A DNA stretch of 64,000 nt, taken from Eledone cirrhosa (lineage: Eukaryota). Below are positions 62,902 through 64,000 of this stretch, one piece after another; within the stretch, counting starts at the first letter, position 1, and every line of letters begins with the position of its first letter. The DNA is taken from NCBI GenBank assembly GCA_964016885.1, contig OZ024741.1, positions 69,316,001 through 69,380,000 of the forward strand, in the 5' to 3' direction. The translations under genes and the position numbers were made by a program. The notes beneath the pieces were generated by a model. That model had not been told where the DNA came from, made no database searches, and saw nothing but the letters and a program-made list of their open reading frames with translations.

Positions 62902-63378
62902 TAAAATATGTAGTTTAGAAAGCCACAACAATGCAGATGGGAAATCTCGAGGTAAGAAGTGAGTGAGAAATAGGGGAAAAGTGAAAATGAAAACAAAACA
63001 AAGGTAGAAGGGTTACCGTAGTGGAGATTTAATCCCAATATTTCGGGCTCACGCCCATCAACGGGGGAAAGTTCCAAGAGGGGGGGAACAGGCTAAGCCG
63101 GAGAAAGTTGTAGTGTCGTTAAAACTTAGTAATGCTGAACGGCTTAGCCTGTTCCCCCCCTTTTGGAACTTTCCCCCGCTGATGGGCGTGAGCCCGAAAT
63201 ATTGGGATTAAATCTCCACTACGGTAACCCTTCTACCTTTGTTTTGTTTTCATTTTCACTTTTCCCCTATTTCTCACTCACTTCTTACCTCGAGATTTCC
63301 CATCTGCATTGTTGTGGCTTTCTAAACTACATATTTTACACATTTCACAATGCTTCAAGCAAACTTTAACACCCTCTT
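62902..63378. mobile_element. Fold-back element: ~199-bp arms, 39-nt spacer, 40-nt tail, hammerhead-like motif in each arm
   Basis: Arms 62902-63100 / 63140-63338; CTGATG-GGC-GTGA-GCC-C-GAAA-TAT-T-GGG at 63179-63206; solo 3' end at 61090-61160. Confidence 0.85.
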
Positions 63379-63481
63379 ATATATATATACATATATGTAT
63401 ATATATATATGATGATGATGATGATGATGATGATATATATATATACACATACATATATGTATATATATATATACACATACA

Positions 63482-63510
<29 letters not shown>

Positions 63511-63512
<2 letters not shown>

Positions 63513-64000
63513 GGAAGCACGGCCTAGAATCAAAAGGCCTTAAAATTAACCTGGCTAAGACTAAAGTTCTAGTTTGTAGGAAAGAAAATAAGGCGGCGGT
63601 CCCTTCCGGGAAATGGCCATGCTCAGTGTGTAGGAAAGGCGTAGGCAGAAACTCCATTTTATGTCCCAAATGCAAAGTATGGGTGCATAAAAGATGTAGT
63701 GGGATCACAGGTAAGCTAACTAAGAACATAGATTTTACATGTGGGCGGTGCTCTGGTGCAATAAGTAGCAGCAAGTGCCCACAAAATACTAGCTCTTACA
63801 ACTGCGCAGAGGGCTCTATAGAAATAGAAATAGTGGACAGCTTCCGTTACCTGGGTGACAAAATCAGCAGTGGGGGAGAGTGCTCTCAAAGTACAGTAGC
63901 TAGAGTCAGAACTGGATGGAAAAAGTTCAGAGAGCTTATACCACTATTAGCTGCTAAAGGGTTCTCCCTAAAAATGAAAGGCAGGTTGTATGATGCCTGC
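63511..64000 (+). mobile_element. RTE LINE, 5'-truncated copy running off the window
   Basis: [21 protein letters not shown] region; begins directly after (AT)n. Confidence 0.95.

Noticed and set aside
55484-63378. Palindromes as sequencing or assembly fold-back artefacts
   Set aside because: Arms carry substitutions and small indels, independent copies share endpoints, and flanks are not mirrored. Read-level confirmation is still advisable.

Overview
AT-rich, microsatellite-saturated animal genomic DNA; the SINE/RTE repertoire suggests a mollusc, probably an octopod cephalopod (inference). No host protein-coding gene is confidently recognisable, only a few candidate minus-strand exons. The window is almost entirely mobile DNA. 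It holds one near full-length RTE-clade LINE (APE endonuclease + RT with a PHD-type finger inserted in the RT region, (GAT)n tail) with many truncated copies, and two Penelope-like elements (RT + GIY-YIG), one with a 5' inverted arm. It also holds tRNA-derived CORE-type and Meta-type SINEs, a bipartite non-autonomous RTE, Helentron-type non-autonomous elements, piggyBac- and pogo-type MITEs, and minisatellites born inside TEs. The most striking unannotated signal is a dense population of minimal type I hammerhead ribozyme motifs (about 17 candidates read by eye, several families, both strands). Alongside these is a recurrent class of small non-coding fold-back elements with the layout (TA)n | short arm | hairpin centre | long arm + 40-165 nt tail | (TA)n. 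These carry a hammerhead in each arm or are folded exactly on a hammerhead helix, and one shares its 3' end with the autonomous Penelope element in the window. All structures were read by eye; no folding or database search was run.
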